This document shows, piece after piece, positions 36,706-46,250 of a stretch of DNA of 64,000 nt. This stretch comes from a bacterium (GTDB lineage Bacteria > Babelota > Babeliae > Babelales > RVW-14). The stretch covers positions 409,784 to 473,783 of the forward strand of contig CP064957.1 in the NCBI GenBank assembly GCA_016699045.1. The letters run 5' to 3'. The translations under genes and the position numbers were made by a program. Position 1 is the stretch's first letter. Each line of letters begins with the position of its first letter. The notes beneath the pieces are model-generated. The model did no database searches, was not told the origin of the DNA, and was given only the letters and a program-made list of their open reading frames with translations.

Positions 36706-37089
36706 ATGAAAAACGATACCAACACAACACTCCGAGAACTCAGCGAACTTACACAAAAATTCATCAACGAACGCGACTGGGCAAAGTACCACAGCCCAAA
36801 AGATATATCTGCCAGTTTAAGCGTTGAGGCTGGCGAACTTTTGGAATTATTTTTGTGGCGCTCAACCGAAAAAATTTATACAGAGCTTGAACAAAATGAA
36901 AAATTCAAAACTCAAGTTAAAGAAGAACTAGCCGATATTTTATTTTGCTGCCTAAATTTTGCGAACCTTACCAACATTGATATATCACAAGCATTTAGAG
37001 ACAAACTCGCCAAGTCGGCACTCAAATATCCGACATCGCAAGTCAACACAGTTGAAAAATATTTTGCACTCAAATACAAGGATAAATGA
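36706..37089 (+). CDS. MazG-like nucleotide pyrophosphohydrolase (dCTPase/DCTPP1-like)
   Basis: LRELSELTQKFINERDWAKYHSPKDISASLSVEAGELLELFLW and EELADILFCCLNFANLTNIDISQAFRDKLAKSALKYP are the two metal-binding helices of the all-alpha NTP-PPase fold. Confidence 0.8.
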   Translation: MKNDTNTTLRELSELTQKFINERDWAKYHSPKDISASLSVEAGELLELFLWRSTEKIYTELEQNEKFKTQVKEELADILFCCLNFANLTNIDISQAFRDKLAKSALKYPTSQVNTVEKYFALKYKDK

Positions 37090-37138
37090 GGCGAACTCGA
37101 TAATTTTAGCCTGCCTTCCCCCCAATGCACTATTTTTT

Positions 37139-37238
37139 CCGTTCACACTGAGGAGCGCCATAGGCGCATCTCGAAGTGTTGAATATACATCGACCCTTCG
37201 AGACGATCGATTACATCGATCTCCTCAGGGAGAACGGG
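37139..37238. repeat. Pair of inverted extragenic hairpin elements (locus 2, expanded-loop variant)
   Basis: Unit A is ccgttcacactgaggagcgccataggcgcatctcgaagtgttgaa (37139..37183). Unit B, inverted, is cttcgagacgatcgattacatcgatctcctcagggagaacggg (37196..37238). They share the CCGTTC...CTGAG...TCGAAG frame with locus 1. Confidence 0.55.
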
Positions 37239-37258
37239 ACTTAGAACATACCTATTTA

Positions 37259-39145
37259 TTATGTCGCTATTGTCTTGTTAATTATTGTTTGCAATTGCAA
37301 ATACGCTTGTTTCGCTTCTTCAAGCGACGCGCCATCTTCAAGCGTACTCACATCACCAACCGGCGATCCTTCAACAACCGCCTTAAGCAAGCGACGCATA
37401 ATTTTTCCTGAACGTGTTTTAGGCAATTTATCAACACAATAAATGCCACACAACATCACAAAAGCACCAATGTACTCACGCACTACCTGGGTAATCTGTT
37501 GTTTGACATGATCGTGAGATTCACTACCACTATTTTTCAAAATAACAAACAACACCACCGCCTCACCGCGCAATTCATCGTGCACGCCAATCGCTGCCGC
37601 TTCTGCAATCATCAGCAACGTTACCACAGCACTTTCTATTTCTGCCGTACCAATGCGATGCCCTGCAATGTTAACTACTTCGTCAGCTCGACCAAGTAAC
37701 CAAAAATAACCGTCTTCATCAACGCGCGCATAATCGCCGGTATAATACATGCCCTTAAAGCGACTCCAATAAACTTCTTTAAATCGCTCTGGATCATTGT
37801 ACACACCAATCGTCATACCGGGCCATGGTTTTTTGATAACTAAATATCCCTTGGTTCCTGCCGGCACTGGATTGCCATGCGTATCAACAACTTCTGCAGC
37901 TATGGTTGGCAGTGGCACGGTTGCAGAACCAGGTTTGAGCGCTACCAAATCAAGGCCCGCGGTTGGCGCAATCATAAAGCCACCAGTTTCTGTTTGCCAC
38001 CAGGTATCAATCACTGGACAACGCCCGGCACCAATGCGTTCATGATACCAGCGCCACACGTCAGGATTGATTGGCTCCCCAACGGTTCCCAATATTTTTA
38101 AACTTGAAAGATCGCACGCTGCCGGCCATTGATCACCATACTTTATGCACATGCGAATAGCAGTTGGAGACGTGTAAAAAATTGAAACACGATATTTTTC
38201 AACCAAACGCCACCATGCCGATGGATCTGGATAGTCCAACGTGCCTTCATGAATGACGGAGGTAAGTCCAAGCAATAATGGTGCATAGACAACATACGAA
38301 TGACCAGTAATCCAGCCAATGTCTGCCGTACACCAATAAACCGACGTATGATCTGGATCAAACGCCCACTCCATCGTCGTTCGTGCGTACGTCAAGTAGC
38401 CGCCAGTTGAATGCATTAAGCCTTTTGGTTTTCCCGTAGTTCCTGACGTGTACAATATAAACAACGGATGATTTGCTTCAACCGCAACCGGTTCAACAAA
38501 AACATTCTCTTCAAAAAAATCATCCGCAACAACATCACGACCTGGTTGTAAAAAAACTTCTTGTTCAAAGCGTTTTATCACCAACACTTTTTCAATTGAA
38601 GAACATTCGCTCACGGCATGATCGACAATTTTTTTAAGTTCAATTCTTTTCCCACGACGAACACCCGCATCAGCGGTGATAACAAATTTTGCTTGCGTAT
38701 CATCAATTCGATCTTTGAGCGCATGACTACTAAAACCTGAAAACACCACCGAATGCGTAGCACCAAGGCGTGCGATTGCCAAAATGGCTGCAATCGCTTG
38801 CGGAATCATTGGCAGGTAGACCATCACAATATCATTTTTGCTCACGCCAATTTTTTGCAACGCATGCGCATACTGATTAACTTGTTTATACAACTCGGCA
38901 TAGGTCCAAGTAACAGCATTTCCTTGCTCGTCTTCACAATGGTAGGCAACTTTATTACCAAGACCATTTTTGATATGCACGTCAACGCAAGCGTACGACG
39001 CGTTGAGCGTGCCGCCAGAAAACCAATGCGCGTACGGTTCTTGCCAATCAAGAACCCTCTTCCAACGCTTAAACCATGCTAACTTTTCAGCTTGTTGTTC
39101 CCAAAAATTTTCTCTATTTAATCGATCATCACGAGCGGGCATCAT
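37259..39145 (-). CDS. acs: Acetyl-CoA synthetase (acetate--CoA ligase)
   Basis: YTSGTTGKPKG AMP-binding motif, WWQTETGG, YYTGDYARVDEDGYFWLLGRADEVVNIAGHRIGTAEIE, KLPKTRSGKIMRR. The start is set at ATGATG 39145 behind the RBS aaggatga (the ORF track extends to 39244). Confidence 0.9.
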   Translation of the reverse strand: MMPARDDRLNRENFWEQQAEKLAWFKRWKRVLDWQEPYAHWFSGGTLNASYACVDVHIKNGLGNKVAYHCEDEQGNAVTWTYAELYKQVNQYAHALQKIGVSKNDIVMVYLPMIPQAIAAILAIARLGATHSVVFSGFSSHALKDRIDDTQAKFVITADAGVRRGKRIELKKIVDHAVSECSSIEKVLVIKRFEQEVFLQPGRDVVADDFFEENVFVEPVAVEANHPLFILYTSGTTGKPKGLMHSTGGYLTYARTTMEWAFDPDHTSVYWCTADIGWITGHSYVVYAPLLLGLTSVIHEGTLDYPDPSAWWRLVEKYRVSIFYTSPTAIRMCIKYGDQWPAACDLSSLKILGTVGEPINPDVWRWYHERIGAGRCPVIDTWWQTETGGFMIAPTAGLDLVALKPGSATVPLPTIAAEVVDTHGNPVPAGTKGYLVIKKPWPGMTIGVYNDPERFKEVYWSRFKGMYYTGDYARVDEDGYFWLLGRADEVVNIAGHRIGTAEIESAVVTLLMIAEAAAIGVHDELRGEAVVLFVILKNSGSESHDHVKQQITQVVREYIGAFVMLCGIYCVDKLPKTRSGKIMRRLLKAVVEGSPVGDVSTLEDGASLEEAKQAYLQLQTIINKTIAT

Positions 39146-39331
39146 ACGATCATCCTTTTTTATTAGCCACACATTACACTCACAAAAAGCGTTTATTACT
39201 AACTGCTTGCTGCACAATGTAACGGAAAAAATATGCTTGAGCAAACTACAATCTCACAACTCACAAATAACGAGAGGGGCACTCTTTTTCGAATGCCCCT
39301 CAGACAAAAATTCTCTTTAAATGTTAAAAAA

Positions 39332-42300
39332 TTATTCTTTAACCTGGCAGTTATCGCAGGTTTCATGCAAGTTTGCAACGCGAACATTCTTACACGTATC
39401 CTCATCTACCAACACTTTTGCTCGTCCGTTTTCATCCTGCATTTGCGCAGCCCTTGCATAAAGCTCAGGAGATACCGTAAACGATTTGTCTGAATCTAGA
39501 CACGGCATCACGTTTGTCCACAAAGACGAACGATGTGGCAATTGCCTCCAACGACGAGTACCATCTTCACACTTAAATACATCTACATTTGCTTCAGCAT
39601 GCGGCGCAAGAGCCCACGCCGTTTTATCTTTATTTGCAAAAAGTTCATTGCCATCATCAAGAGAGCAACAGTCATGATCCGCTAGCTCACAGGAAGCTGG
39701 GGCTGTATTTAGTAGCCACATGTGTTGTGCAGGATCCCACGTTGCAAAACGTGCACCATCATTCCACGTCACCAATTGAGATTTTGCAACGTCAGTTGGG
39801 CTGAAAAGCTCAAATTGACTGGCTTGCTCATTCAACTTAAACAACCGATTATCCGGGCCCAAACAATATTCTTGTCCCGCAAAGTCTTTACAATCAGGAA
39901 CATTGGCCCATCGTCCGGTTTCGTCTTCACTTTCTCCGCGATGCCAATATTTCACTGCATTATTTTCAGCGTCACTGTCTTCATTAATGCAAAACAATGC
40001 AGAGTCATTGTTGCAATCATCAGACATTAAAACCCATTCAGTCAAATCATCATTAAGTATAAAGACGCGACCATCTGGCCCCATACACATGCCATCGCGT
40101 TCATTACCAGTACACATTGGCGCATCATACCAACCATAATCATCACAATCTGAATGCCAATAATAAACATCGCCATTTAGATCACAATATGCCAAATTAC
40201 CTGCGTTATCAAAAAAGCAATCAGAACCGCTTAACGAAACCCACGCATTAGCATTATCATTTGGTATAAAGATTTTACCATCTTTACCAACAAATTTACC
40301 CGCACAGACTTCTGATGATTCCTCATCCCAATACGGAACATCTTGCCACGAAAGTACACCATCCTCAAAATGGCGGTAAAAAATACGCCCATTTTGCAGC
40401 ATACAATCTGCCTCTTCAAGCGTACATGGCATTCCCTCAGTCCAAACACCAGAATCTTTTTTTGAATAAAACGTTGTTGCATAATCGGTTCTGGTATCAA
40501 CTTCACAGATACCAGCACTCAAATCACACGGTGGATTTAACGAACAATGACCATTTTCATCACAAAATACATTTATCTTTTTGCCAGCTTTATTAACAAA
40601 ACGATACAATACTTGTTGATCATTCCAATCTTCAGGCGTATTTTGCCACTGCTGATTTGCCGCACTCCAAAATTCCAAAACACCGCCTAGATCGCATACT
40701 TCTCCCGATACACCAACACCACATGGAGAAACCTCACTATACGTTCCATCAGAACGCAAATAAAGCTTGAGATCACCAACACGACAAAGCACCGAATCTT
40801 TTTCACATGAAGGCTCTAAGCTCCATTGATTGCCATGGCGATACAGAATCGTTTTTTCATCACTTTGCCTACAATATGGCACAGATGATTTATCGCCACA
40901 TAAATCGGCCGGCTTCCATCCATCATTGCCAAACCAAAAATACGCACCATCTCCAAATCTAATCAAGCGAACATCTAGTGCAACATCAAGATTTAAAAGC
41001 CACAGCGTCTTGCCATCAAGCGTACCAGCATACAGTCTATTGCCATCATCAAGTGTACAATAGCCCTTTGTTTGACCAGTAAGCCTCATTAACAATCCAC
41101 CACTATTCGCTTTTTTACAAGCCTGCGGTGCATCATTAATAAGCCACTTCTTTTGCTCAGGATCCCAGGTTGCGTAGTTTCTACCATCGCCAAAATCAAC
41201 TAAACGAGATTTGATTACATCTTCAGGTTCTTTTAACTCAACAAAGTATCCGGCAGCATTGCGTTGAAATAACGTACCATCAACGCCCACACAATAATTA
41301 AGGTCGGCAAAATCATCACAAGAAGGGATATCACTCCACCAGCAGCCATTACCCATATTCTTCCAATATTTAACCTTGCCATCTTTGGTACAGTAGCTTA
41401 GGGTCGTTCCTTGAATCATGCACTTACTTGCATCTTCAAGACGAACCCAGCCCGTGCAATCATCATTTGGTATAAAAATACGTCCATCAGGTCCTTTAAA
41501 AACACCTTGGTGCGATACAGACCAATCCCACGCTGGCGTATCTTCCCAAGAACTGGTTCCATTCTTTATGTGAGGATAGTACACGGCATCATTTTCAAGA
41601 ACGCAGTATTTGTCCGAGTACGCATCGCACGGCATACCCTCAGTCCAACTCGAAGCATCTTTTTTTCTGAAAAATTCAGTCCCATCAACAATGCAAATTC
41701 CTTCACGCGGTTGGCAAGGAAATTTGACGCTGCAACTACCATCTTTGTTGCAAAAAACTAAAACGCCACTTTGATCAGATTTAATAAAGCGATAGAGCTT
41801 TTTGTTTGCAGCCCAATTAACCGGTTTATTCTGCCATTTTTTTTCTTGGTAATTCCAAAATTCTATGATGTTTTCATCAAAAATACAGACAGCCTCTGAG
41901 TGCTCGCCATCAGCACACGGCGACGTTTCTTTATACGATCCATCTTCATGAAGGTAAAATTTTAAATCATCAACAGTACAAATTTTAACACCATTGCCAC
42001 ATGGCGGGGTCAGCAGCATATCATTGCCATGTCGGTACAATCGCAAGCCATCTGGCAAATCACAATATAGCTTATCTCTATCACAAAAAGGTTTTTCAAC
42101 TCCTTCGCGAATCACCGGCAAGTTTTGAAAACACAAGCGACCGTCTGGTAAAAAATGAAATCCTTTTTTTCCAACGGAACAATGCCATGCGCCCGGAGTT
42201 ACATCGCCAACAAAAGCTAAGTTTTTCCCATTACAAAGTATTATTGGCAACAAACTTGACCCATCATTTTTCGACGCATTAATACAAGAAAAATCAATCT

Positions 42301-43237
42301 TATCATTAATCGAATATTCTTGTTTTTTGCAACGAATTTGCCATGCATTTATACACGTAGGTCCTGCAAACAGGTGGGTATCGCATTGATTTGGATTCCA
42401 TAGCGCATCTTTTACATCATGAGCTTTTTCTGAAATCGCCACACGATTTTCATAAATGCCAGCGCCTACCAACAATGCCAACAAACCATACCCACAAGCT
42501 TTGATGACCCATGATTGACTTTGAGCAGACTCATCGTCATACAAAATATGCGGACAATCAAGAATTTGATCGCCATTAATAAACGTCTCCGTAGGAAATG
42601 ATTTTGTTTCCATCGATTCTTTTTCATCGTCATATGAAATCAGAATCGTTACAAGTGGTGATTTTTTGACAAGAGCACCACCTGACCTATCATTCGTCAA
42701 TCGAACTTGTATCGAACGTGGATCAAAAAAATCGACAATCAAATTAAATAAGCGCTCAAGAAATTCTCGTTTATTATAATTTTTTACACTCATATGACAA
42801 TATGTACCACCACCATCATGCCTGTCAGCACGCTCACACACGGCAGCATTAATTAACATCAATTGCTGCTGAATTTGATCTTGAATACCAGGTAGCTCTG
42901 GCATTCTTGGCGTCAGCAACTTATCAAGCTCATCGGCAGAAAAACGAAACGCTTCACTGTATGCAAGATCAGTATAAAGATGTGCCATAACAGCAGGCAT
43001 CATCTCTGCTTGCAGCCGACTCAGTGATCGTTTTTGTAAATCTGTTAATTGATTTCCCCCGTCAAACACTACTTTTTTAAAAATGCTTTTCCATTTGGCA
43101 TCAAGATCAAACTGACACCGTTGTTTCAGAAAATTATTAAATTGATGATCGTACACAACATATTCATGCTTTACTGCATTCAATGACATTGAACATAAAA
43201 AAAGAACACTGAACAACAGCGCACGTGGCATACCCAT
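39332..43237 (-). CDS. Giant secreted Cys/Trp/Asp-rich protein with two tandem ~360-420-aa repeats, no recognisable domain
   Basis: 1301-aa uninterrupted ORF. Signal peptide MGMPRALLFSVLFLCSMSLNAV. One hydrophobic stretch at aa ~247-262. Repeat 1 is aa ~390-750 (nt 40988..42070) and repeat 2 is aa ~787-1210 (nt 39608..40879). The two repeats are alignable along their length. Confidence 0.7.
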   Translation of the reverse strand: MGMPRALLFSVLFLCSMSLNAVKHEYVVYDHQFNNFLKQRCQFDLDAKWKSIFKKVVFDGGNQLTDLQKRSLSRLQAEMMPAVMAHLYTDLAYSEAFRFSADELDKLLTPRMPELPGIQDQIQQQLMLINAAVCERADRHDGGGTYCHMSVKNYNKREFLERLFNLIVDFFDPRSIQVRLTNDRSGGALVKKSPLVTILISYDDEKESMETKSFPTETFINGDQILDCPHILYDDESAQSQSWVIKACGYGLLALLVGAGIYENRVAISEKAHDVKDALWNPNQCDTHLFAGPTCINAWQIRCKKQEYSINDKIDFSCINASKNDGSSLLPIILCNGKNLAFVGDVTPGAWHCSVGKKGFHFLPDGRLCFQNLPVIREGVEKPFCDRDKLYCDLPDGLRLYRHGNDMLLTPPCGNGVKICTVDDLKFYLHEDGSYKETSPCADGEHSEAVCIFDENIIEFWNYQEKKWQNKPVNWAANKKLYRFIKSDQSGVLVFCNKDGSCSVKFPCQPREGICIVDGTEFFRKKDASSWTEGMPCDAYSDKYCVLENDAVYYPHIKNGTSSWEDTPAWDWSVSHQGVFKGPDGRIFIPNDDCTGWVRLEDASKCMIQGTTLSYCTKDGKVKYWKNMGNGCWWSDIPSCDDFADLNYCVGVDGTLFQRNAAGYFVELKEPEDVIKSRLVDFGDGRNYATWDPEQKKWLINDAPQACKKANSGGLLMRLTGQTKGYCTLDDGNRLYAGTLDGKTLWLLNLDVALDVRLIRFGDGAYFWFGNDGWKPADLCGDKSSVPYCRQSDEKTILYRHGNQWSLEPSCEKDSVLCRVGDLKLYLRSDGTYSEVSPCGVGVSGEVCDLGGVLEFWSAANQQWQNTPEDWNDQQVLYRFVNKAGKKINVFCDENGHCSLNPPCDLSAGICEVDTRTDYATTFYSKKDSGVWTEGMPCTLEEADCMLQNGRIFYRHFEDGVLSWQDVPYWDEESSEVCAGKFVGKDGKIFIPNDNANAWVSLSGSDCFFDNAGNLAYCDLNGDVYYWHSDCDDYGWYDAPMCTGNERDGMCMGPDGRVFILNDDLTEWVLMSDDCNNDSALFCINEDSDAENNAVKYWHRGESEDETGRWANVPDCKDFAGQEYCLGPDNRLFKLNEQASQFELFSPTDVAKSQLVTWNDGARFATWDPAQHMWLLNTAPASCELADHDCCSLDDGNELFANKDKTAWALAPHAEANVDVFKCEDGTRRWRQLPHRSSLWTNVMPCLDSDKSFTVSPELYARAAQMQDENGRAKVLVDEDTCKNVRVANLHETCDNCQVKE

Positions 43238-43419
43238 AACTACTCTCCTCGTTGGATAAAAACCGAAAAATGTGAATAAAAAACATGCGCATAATGTAGC
43301 AAAACAATAATGGCCTGCAAATAAAAACTATCAACATTTTTTTTCAAATTGTGTACATCACGCATTATTTTTTGCAATATTTTTTGTTTTGATGCTAAAA
43401 AATGCTTTGTTATTGCCTG

Positions 43420-44065
43420 TTGTAAGCATTGTATGCAAGATGATCAACCAACATCTGCCGATACTCTGCAAGCTCAGAAACAGAAGCTCCCACCGTTTTT
43501 GCGCTTTCTTCTAAACGACGTATCATCAATTTTTCTTTAAACAATGGATCTTTTTCAAAAGCTTCAGCTTCTTGTTCAGTCATAGCCCCGCCTTGACGCT
43601 TTAATGTTTCCTGACTTGCGGGCGAAATCTGCTGTAAATAATCGGGTTGCCGAGAAACAAGATACCCGCTTGCACATGAGCTCCGACAAGTGCTGCAACA
43701 AGATCTGAAAATCCATGTTGTTTCAAAAAATCAGCGCCAATATCTTCATGATGCGCAACGCCATAGCCATCCATTTGCTCGCTATCTTTTGCAGCACACA
43801 AGTGGCCAATGTCGTGAAGCAAGGCAGCAATAACAATTTGGTCATCGCAGCCGGCCAACCTCGCTTGATACGCGCATTGAATGGCGTGTTCATACTGCGT
43901 AATTGCTTCGCCGATATAATCATAATCTTTACCTAACTCAATAATGCTCATGACTTTATCAACAACAGACTCTACCGATAGCAACTCATTTGGCATTGCT
44001 CGCAAAGATACAGAAAACACACAGAACACTAATAAACTCATAATTTTTGAAAATAAACGATTCAT
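43420..44065 (-). pseudogene. HD-domain protein of the PhnZ-like (HD phosphohydrolase/oxygenase) family, frame-shifted
   Basis: ORF 43601..44065 has QYEHAIQCAYQARLAGCDDQIVIAALLHDIGH and HHEDIGADFL...GAHVQA, then loses frame. The adjacent frame continues as GYLVSRQPDYLQQISPASQETLKRQGGAMTEQEAEAFEKDPLF...RRLEESAKTVG to a stop at 43420. The shift maps to the C/G run at about 43665..43668. Confidence 0.55.
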
Positions 44066-44264
44066 GACAATAATCTCCTTTCATAACTTTTTTAGACAAC
44101 ATTAACCAGCCAAAGCCTAGCACGAAAAAATGAAAGTCTAAAAAATTCTACACTTTCCTAAAATCACGCTCATGATTGTTTTTCTCGACATCACGCAACC
44201 CATCGGCTATAAAAATAAACATAGTATTTTTGAATGGTCTACGCATCACAACCGGAGAATTTTA

Positions 44265-44936
44265 ATGAAGAAAATAAGCTTATTGTTGTGCGCACTCTCG
44301 CTCATACTTTCGTCAGCACACAGCGTTACCACGCGATCGCAAGCAAGAAAAATAAGAGCCGTTTTTTTAAACTATGGCATTAAGTTATGCCAAGAAAATG
44401 AAACAAAAGAAGTCATAAACTTACTTGAAACAAATACGCCAACACCAAGCGAGCTCAGCACATTTATGGCCGCATGCACTCAGCAAGGAAACGTACAGTG
44501 CTTGAGCGTCCTTCTCGCTCAACCTGAAGTATCGCATGCCCTTAAAATTGATGGAGAACCATTGCTCAACGCACTTTATTGGTGGAATCATAATAAAAAT
44601 AACTGTGCATGCGTTAAACTTTTATTGCAATCCGGTGCAAACGCCAACCCTGCCACTGCATACAAAAATACCGCTCTTCATCTTGCCAGCAAAAGAGGTT
44701 GCCTTAAGTGCATTGAAAGACTCATCAAATCTGGCGCTGATATATTTGCAGAAAATTTTGAAAAAGAAACTCCCATAGAAATTTTTTACAACAATTACAA
44801 AGAATTTTTTAATGAAGGCACGATCGACCCGATTAATTTATTTATTAGTATGGTACCTAAATCTCACGATGAAGACACGTCAGAAGATGAAGACACCTCG
44901 GAATTTGTTAACATAGTCACCGAATCTCACTCTTAA
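44265..44936 (+). CDS. Secreted ankyrin-repeat protein with acidic C-terminal tail
   Basis: RBS ggaga plus ATG at 44265. Signal peptide MKKISLLLCALSLILSSAHS. ANK repeats (TALHLASKRGCLKCIERLIKSGADI). Tail HDEDTSEDEDTSEF. Confidence 0.85.
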   Translation: MKKISLLLCALSLILSSAHSVTTRSQARKIRAVFLNYGIKLCQENETKEVINLLETNTPTPSELSTFMAACTQQGNVQCLSVLLAQPEVSHALKIDGEPLLNALYWWNHNKNNCACVKLLLQSGANANPATAYKNTALHLASKRGCLKCIERLIKSGADIFAENFEKETPIEIFYNNYKEFFNEGTIDPINLFISMVPKSHDEDTSEDEDTSEFVNIVTESHS

Positions 44937-44949
44937 TAATTCAGACACC

Positions 44950-45615
44950 ATGATAAAACCAACCCACCAAGCCCTTTTATTATTGTTCATATTGACACTG
45001 ACCGTGCCGGCCAACCCGCGCACGGTCATCATGTTTGATCCAGCCGGGGACTCGCATGAGCTGGGCCGCAAACTTGCGCAAGGTTATGAGCGCGGCGCAA
45101 CGCTCACGCTGGCCGAAAAATTGCACCACGAGCTCTCGCAAGAACCAGGACTTTATCCGCTATTAAGCCGCCAACCAGGCGAGCAATGCCTCCCGCTACA
45201 GGCAGCATCTTTTGCCAACCGGCTTCAGACAAACCTGTTTGTGCGCTTGCATTGTTACCACGAGCTCACGGCAAAGCCGCGCATGTACATTTACTACAAG
45301 CTTCATAACCCTCTCACCGACCTTGCCCCCCGCCCGACCGTAAACGATCGTACGTTTACCCCCCTTTCCCAAGCCCATCTACCTAACCTGCGCCTCTCGA
45401 TCAAGCGAGCTGAAAGCATAAAAGAGACACTATCAAGCACCGACTACCAACAACTTTTCGATTGTTATGGCCCCTCTGGTCGACCGCTTAAGGCATTAAC
45501 CGGCATCCAGCCAAGCGCTCTGGTTATTGAAATTGGCCTGAGTGGATCAACCAAATTAGAAAGTCTAGTTCAACCCCTCAAAAATGCCATACTCAACGCC
45601 CTGCTCGTTGTATAA
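44950..45615 (+). CDS. Divergent Amidase_3 (N-acetylmuramoyl-L-alanine amidase)-like protein
   Basis: The layout matches AmiC/CwlD by eye: VIMFDPAGDSHELG (vs DPGHGG), YERGATLTLAEKL, NLFVRLHCYH (vs lfvSiHaD), PSALVIEIGL (vs psvLvEtgF). The first Zn-ligand His is displaced. Confidence 0.4.
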   Translation: MIKPTHQALLLLFILTLTVPANPRTVIMFDPAGDSHELGRKLAQGYERGATLTLAEKLHHELSQEPGLYPLLSRQPGEQCLPLQAASFANRLQTNLFVRLHCYHELTAKPRMYIYYKLHNPLTDLAPRPTVNDRTFTPLSQAHLPNLRLSIKRAESIKETLSSTDYQQLFDCYGPSGRPLKALTGIQPSALVIEIGLSGSTKLESLVQPLKNAILNALLVV

Positions 45616-45722
45616 AATAAATACACCAAAGCATACGATTTCTCTGGCCATTTTGGACTCCTCATGTTATGATTTTCATAACATATTATCTGTTTTATTT
45701 GAGAACAAAAAAGAGTTCCATT

Positions 45723-46229
45723 ATGATCTTTTTAGATTCACTCGTTGTTTTTTTCGAACAACTCCTTTACCCCCATTTTTCATCATTCACAACGCCTGAA
45801 GCCCTCATCAGCCTGGGGTGGTTTGTTCTTGGCATCTTTGTGCTCATTATTGAAATCAACATGCCGGGGCTTTTTTATTGCATCGCTTTGGCTTGTGGCT
45901 GTTTTACTGCGAGCGTGTTAGCACTGCTTGACTACAGCCTTTTTTCCCAGTGCCTTGTAGCGCTGGGCATTACAACACTCGCTTTTGCCAGCCTGCGCTC
46001 CTACTTTGGCGCACCAGCACAACCAACATTGCCCACCAACAGCGAAGCATTAATCAATAAACATGGAATTGTTGTAAAAACCATTGAGACCCATACCGCA
46101 GGCCGTGTAAAAATTAACGGTGAAGAATGGCCAGCATTAAGCGCCAACCACACGATCATTTTACAAAAAGGAACCTCAGTTCGCATTATTGGCATCAAAG
46201 GCAATAAAGTTATTGTCAAAACAGATTAA
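45723..46229 (+). CDS. NfeD-family membrane protein
   Basis: Hydrophobic N-terminal helices plus the C-terminal OB-fold segment GRVKINGEEWPALSANHTIILQKGTSVRIIGIKGNKVIV. Located immediately upstream of the SPFH gene, the classic operon arrangement. Confidence 0.75.
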   Translation: MIFLDSLVVFFEQLLYPHFSSFTTPEALISLGWFVLGIFVLIIEINMPGLFYCIALACGCFTASVLALLDYSLFSQCLVALGITTLAFASLRSYFGAPAQPTLPTNSEALINKHGIVVKTIETHTAGRVKINGEEWPALSANHTIILQKGTSVRIIGIKGNKVIVKTD

Positions 46230-46250
46230 TTAGACATAAAGGAACCCACT

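Noticed and set aside
36959-37411. A 150-aa plus-strand ORF downstream of the MazG-like gene.
   Set aside because: It runs through repeat locus 2 and then antisense into the acs 3' end. The product is low-quality sequence with no start context.
43349-43540. A 63-aa plus-strand ORF.
   Set aside because: It is antisense to the conceptually restored C-terminal part of the HD/PhnZ-like gene, which explains the region better.
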